Assembly: GCA_035533915.1 (NCBI GenBank)
Contig: DATLSX010000038.1
Location: 81,019 to 105,018, forward strand
Origin: Streptosporangiaceae bacterium
Lineage (GTDB): Bacteria > Actinomycetota > Actinomycetes > Streptosporangiales > Streptosporangiaceae
Length of the DNA stretch: 24,000 nucleotides
Direction of reading: 5' to 3'
Below, piece after piece: positions 22,248 through 24,000 of the stretch. Within the stretch, counting starts at the first letter, position 1, and each line of letters begins with the position of its first letter. The notes beneath the pieces are model-generated. The model was not told the DNA's origin, did not search any database, and saw only the letters and a program-made list of their open reading frames with translations. Position numbers and translations under genes: made by a program.

Positions 22248-22979
22248 GTGACGAAGTTCGAGTTTATGCGGTCGCATTCCAGCAGCGGAATGCTTACGCT
22301 TTCGCAAGTGGCTCGGATTTCGGACAGCTTGCGCGGCGGTTCGCTCGCGGTCTTGCCGACGGAAACTGGATATATGCTCGCTGCGGTAGCTACCTTGCCG
22401 GAATCTGTCGAGCATGCATTCGCCGTGAAATCCCGGCAGACCGCGAAGGTAATGCATGTAGCCTGCGCGTCGCTGGAGATGGCGCAGGAAGTCGGCCAGC
22501 TCTCGCCGGACGCACTGCGCCTGCTCGGCGCGTTTACCCCTGGCCCGCTCTCGGTGATCGTGCCCAAGACCGCAGTGCTTCCTGATCGCCTGGTGACGCT
22601 TGACGGAACGGTCGGAATCCGGATACCTGATCATCCCGCGACGCTTCAGGTGATTCACGAGGTCGGCAAGCCACTGACTGCGACTAGCCTGAATGTCAGC
22701 GGCGCGGCATCCGTGCCGCTGGAAAAGCTGGAACTCGACACGCTGAACTGGCCTCCGGGCGAGGCGGTCCACGTCCTGGCCGACGACGAATCGATCCGGT
22801 ACGACCTGCCGTCCACGCTGGTGCGGTTGTCTGGCGGGCCGCCTGAAGTCCTCCGGGCTGGTCCGGTCACCGAAGCTGACGTGCGACGGGTCGCCGGCCT
22901 GCCGGGCTACCTGGAAGCTGCTGGCCAGGGTCCGCCGCAGGTTGGTTTACCGGACCTGGCAGCGAGCTTCGGGTCATGA
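22248..22979 (+). CDS. YrdC/Sua5/YciO-family protein, paralogue 2 (L-threonylcarbamoyladenylate-synthase-like, canonical motifs)
   Basis: GTG 22248 is preceded by AAGGAG (22233-22238); the track ORF starts at 22191. VLPTETGYML, AVKSRQ (KxR), FTPGPLSVIV, IRIPDHPATLQVI, PLTATSLNVSG (SxN), STLVRL, VLRAGPV. Many A/T-ending codons. Confidence 0.85.
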   Translation: MTKFEFMRSHSSSGMLTLSQVARISDSLRGGSLAVLPTETGYMLAAVATLPESVEHAFAVKSRQTAKVMHVACASLEMAQEVGQLSPDALRLLGAFTPGPLSVIVPKTAVLPDRLVTLDGTVGIRIPDHPATLQVIHEVGKPLTATSLNVSGAASVPLEKLELDTLNWPPGEAVHVLADDESIRYDLPSTLVRLSGGPPEVLRAGPVTEADVRRVAGLPGYLEAAGQGPPQVGLPDLAASFGS

Positions 22980-24000
22980 TCGCGATCGCGACCGTGTGCT
23001 CGATATCGGCCAGGCCGAGCAGCGCGCACGCGATCCGGGCGTCGCCGGACCGCAGCGCCAGCCAGGCCGCGCCAGCGAGGTGATGGACGGCGAGGTCCAG
23101 GTCTGCCGGAACGGCGTTCGACCGAAGACAGGCCGCGATAACTCGAGCGAGCGCTGCGAGGCCGTACTTCCCCGGCTTCGGCAACTGGGCTTTTTCAAGT
23201 GTCGTCAGCCAGGGACCACATCCGTCGGAGGCGTCGCTGTACAGGCCAGGTCCCGCGCTCTGCCAGTCGCATGCCACCTGGTGGGCCGCCGCCCGCACCC
23301 GCAGGCTCAGGCCGGTCAGCGACTCGTCACCGGTCACCGGGCCAGTCCAGCCGTCATCTGCCGGGCAGTCCGCACGCTGGACTGGCCGGGTGCGCTGCCC
23401 CCCGGCTTCGGCCGCCTGGAGCGGTTCAGGTCGGGTGATCCGAACCTCGAGTTCAGGATCAAGGCCCAGCTCGGTCGCGGCGCGTTCGAGATGACAGCCG
23501 AGGAGAGAGATCGGCCACGGACCGATTCTGGGCAGCGGCCCGGCGTCGCGCATCCGTAGCCGCTGCCAGCTAACCAGCGGCTGACCGCTGGCATCGACGG
23601 CTTCGGCAGTCCAGCACGACTCGGCGTGCTCAACGGAGGCCAAGGCGACGTGCTTGGCGCTGCTCGGGCGCCTCGCGGCCGTCCGCGGCTTCGGAACGTG
23701 CGCGGTTGCCGGAACGTGCGCGGTTGCCGGGGCGTGGCCTATTTCGGTGACGCGGATCAGCACCACGCCGCCTACCTTCCGGTCGTGGAAGGTCACGGAG
23801 TCACAGCCGGCGAAGAGCAGCCTGCGATGCGGAACGCACGCCTGCACCAGTTGCAGCGTCGCATCGCTGATCCCGGCACTGCCCAGGACCAGATCGGACG
23901 GTACCTGCTGGCCGCAGGAGCCGGTCGGGCCGAACCAGGTCGATCCGTCCACGCCGCGGTCCAGCGCGGTGGCTGCTCGCGAGTTCCTCGGGCGGATTGT
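22867..24000 (-). CDS. Hypothetical protein; frame stays open to the window edge, so it may be the C-terminus of a larger protein (weak hot-dog/DH-like and PPTase-like motifs only)
   Basis: Track ORF 22867..23952 (GTG start), but the same frame is open to base 24000 (TIRPRNSRAATALDRG-VDGSTWFGP...). Motifs seen: WFGP, SDATLQ (DxxxQ), LGLDPELE (GxDxE). It carries an in-frame 18-bp duplication. The 3' end overlaps the convergent YrdC-2 gene by 113 nt. Confidence 0.5.
   Translation of the reverse strand, partial: TIRPRNSRAATALDRGVDGSTWFGPTGSCGQQVPSDLVLGSAGISDATLQLVQACVPHRRLLFAGCDSVTFHDRKVGGVVLIRVTEIGHAPATAHVPATAHVPKPRTAARRPSSAKHVALASVEHAESCWTAEAVDASGQPLVSWQRLRMRDAGPLPRIGPWPISLLGCHLERAATELGLDPELEVRITRPEPLQAAEAGGQRTRPVQRADCPADDGWTGPVTGDESLTGLSLRVRAAAHQVACDWQSAGPGLYSDASDGCGPWLTTLEKAQLPKPGKYGLAALARVIAACLRSNAVPADLDLAVHHLAGAAWLALRSGDARIACALLGLADIEHTVAIAIMTRSSLPGPVNQPAADPGQQLPGSPAGRRPVARQLR
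23692..23727 (-). repeat. In-frame 18-bp perfect tandem duplication (encodes HVPATA HVPATA)
   Basis: CGGAACGTGCGCGGTTGC occurs twice (23692-23709 and 23710-23727). The protein reads GHAPATAHVPATAHVPKP. Confidence 0.95.

Noticed and set aside
21299-22772. Long ORFs 21299..22117(+), 21663..22772(-) and 22109..22567(-) overlapping the two YrdC genes and their spacer
   Set aside because: Each lies antisense or out of frame to a motif-rich YrdC-family frame. The translations are Arg-rich and featureless.
1-24000. Intact mobile element, prophage, defence system, toxin-antitoxin pair or CRISPR-Cas locus
   Set aside because: I could not recognise any integrase, transposase, recombinase, terminal inverted repeats, nuclease/helicase defence-type genes or cas genes in any frame. 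Only the remnant scar at 3292-3766 and the lower-GC YrdC patch hint at past horizontal transfer.

Overview
High-GC (roughly two-thirds to 70% G+C by eye) actinobacterial-type chromosomal window, densely coding. I can support 23 protein-coding genes, one tRNA, two start-less gene remnants, and many short tandem repeats and GC-rich hairpins. Gene order: rph (partial) and rdgB; a convergent lipoprotein gene; bcp; an atypical tRNA followed by an ABC-ATPase 3' fragment and an HTH remnant. On the minus strand there is an LLM oxidoreductase plus ATP-grasp ligase pair. Directly upstream of it is a five-gene, translationally coupled stressosome-like operon: PAS-PAS-STAS RsbR-like, RsbS-like STAS, RsbT-like kinase, HATPase-PP2C fusion, and a PAS/HisKA_3 histidine kinase. 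Then follow a divergent TetR; an MFS transporter with a C-terminal extension; a short-form alkyl-sulfatase-like MBL hydrolase; a HAD hydrolase; DUF3618; a SAM methyltransferase whose N-terminus is interrupted by an in-frame TAG; gcvT-gcvH; pterin-4a-carbinolamine dehydratase; a 608-bp convergent spacer with no assignable gene; a CYP124/125/142-like P450; a lower-GC head-to-head pair of YrdC/Sua5-family paralogues; and the 3' end of an ORF that may run off the window. No rRNA, CRISPR, integrase or transposase was seen. Best candidates for something new: (1) a 73-nt class-I tRNA carrying a UAG (Leu-box) anticodon, next to what looks like a decayed integration scar; (2) the twin YrdC island, one copy canonical and one with a broken KxR/SxN tetrad, beside the P450 and a weakly DH/PPTase-like ORF; (3) the RsbRST-PP2C-HK operon, which has no sigma/anti-sigma factor or response regulator in the window and may read through into the ATP-grasp/LLM pair. 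All functional calls rest on motif recognition by eye. No database search or computation was run.
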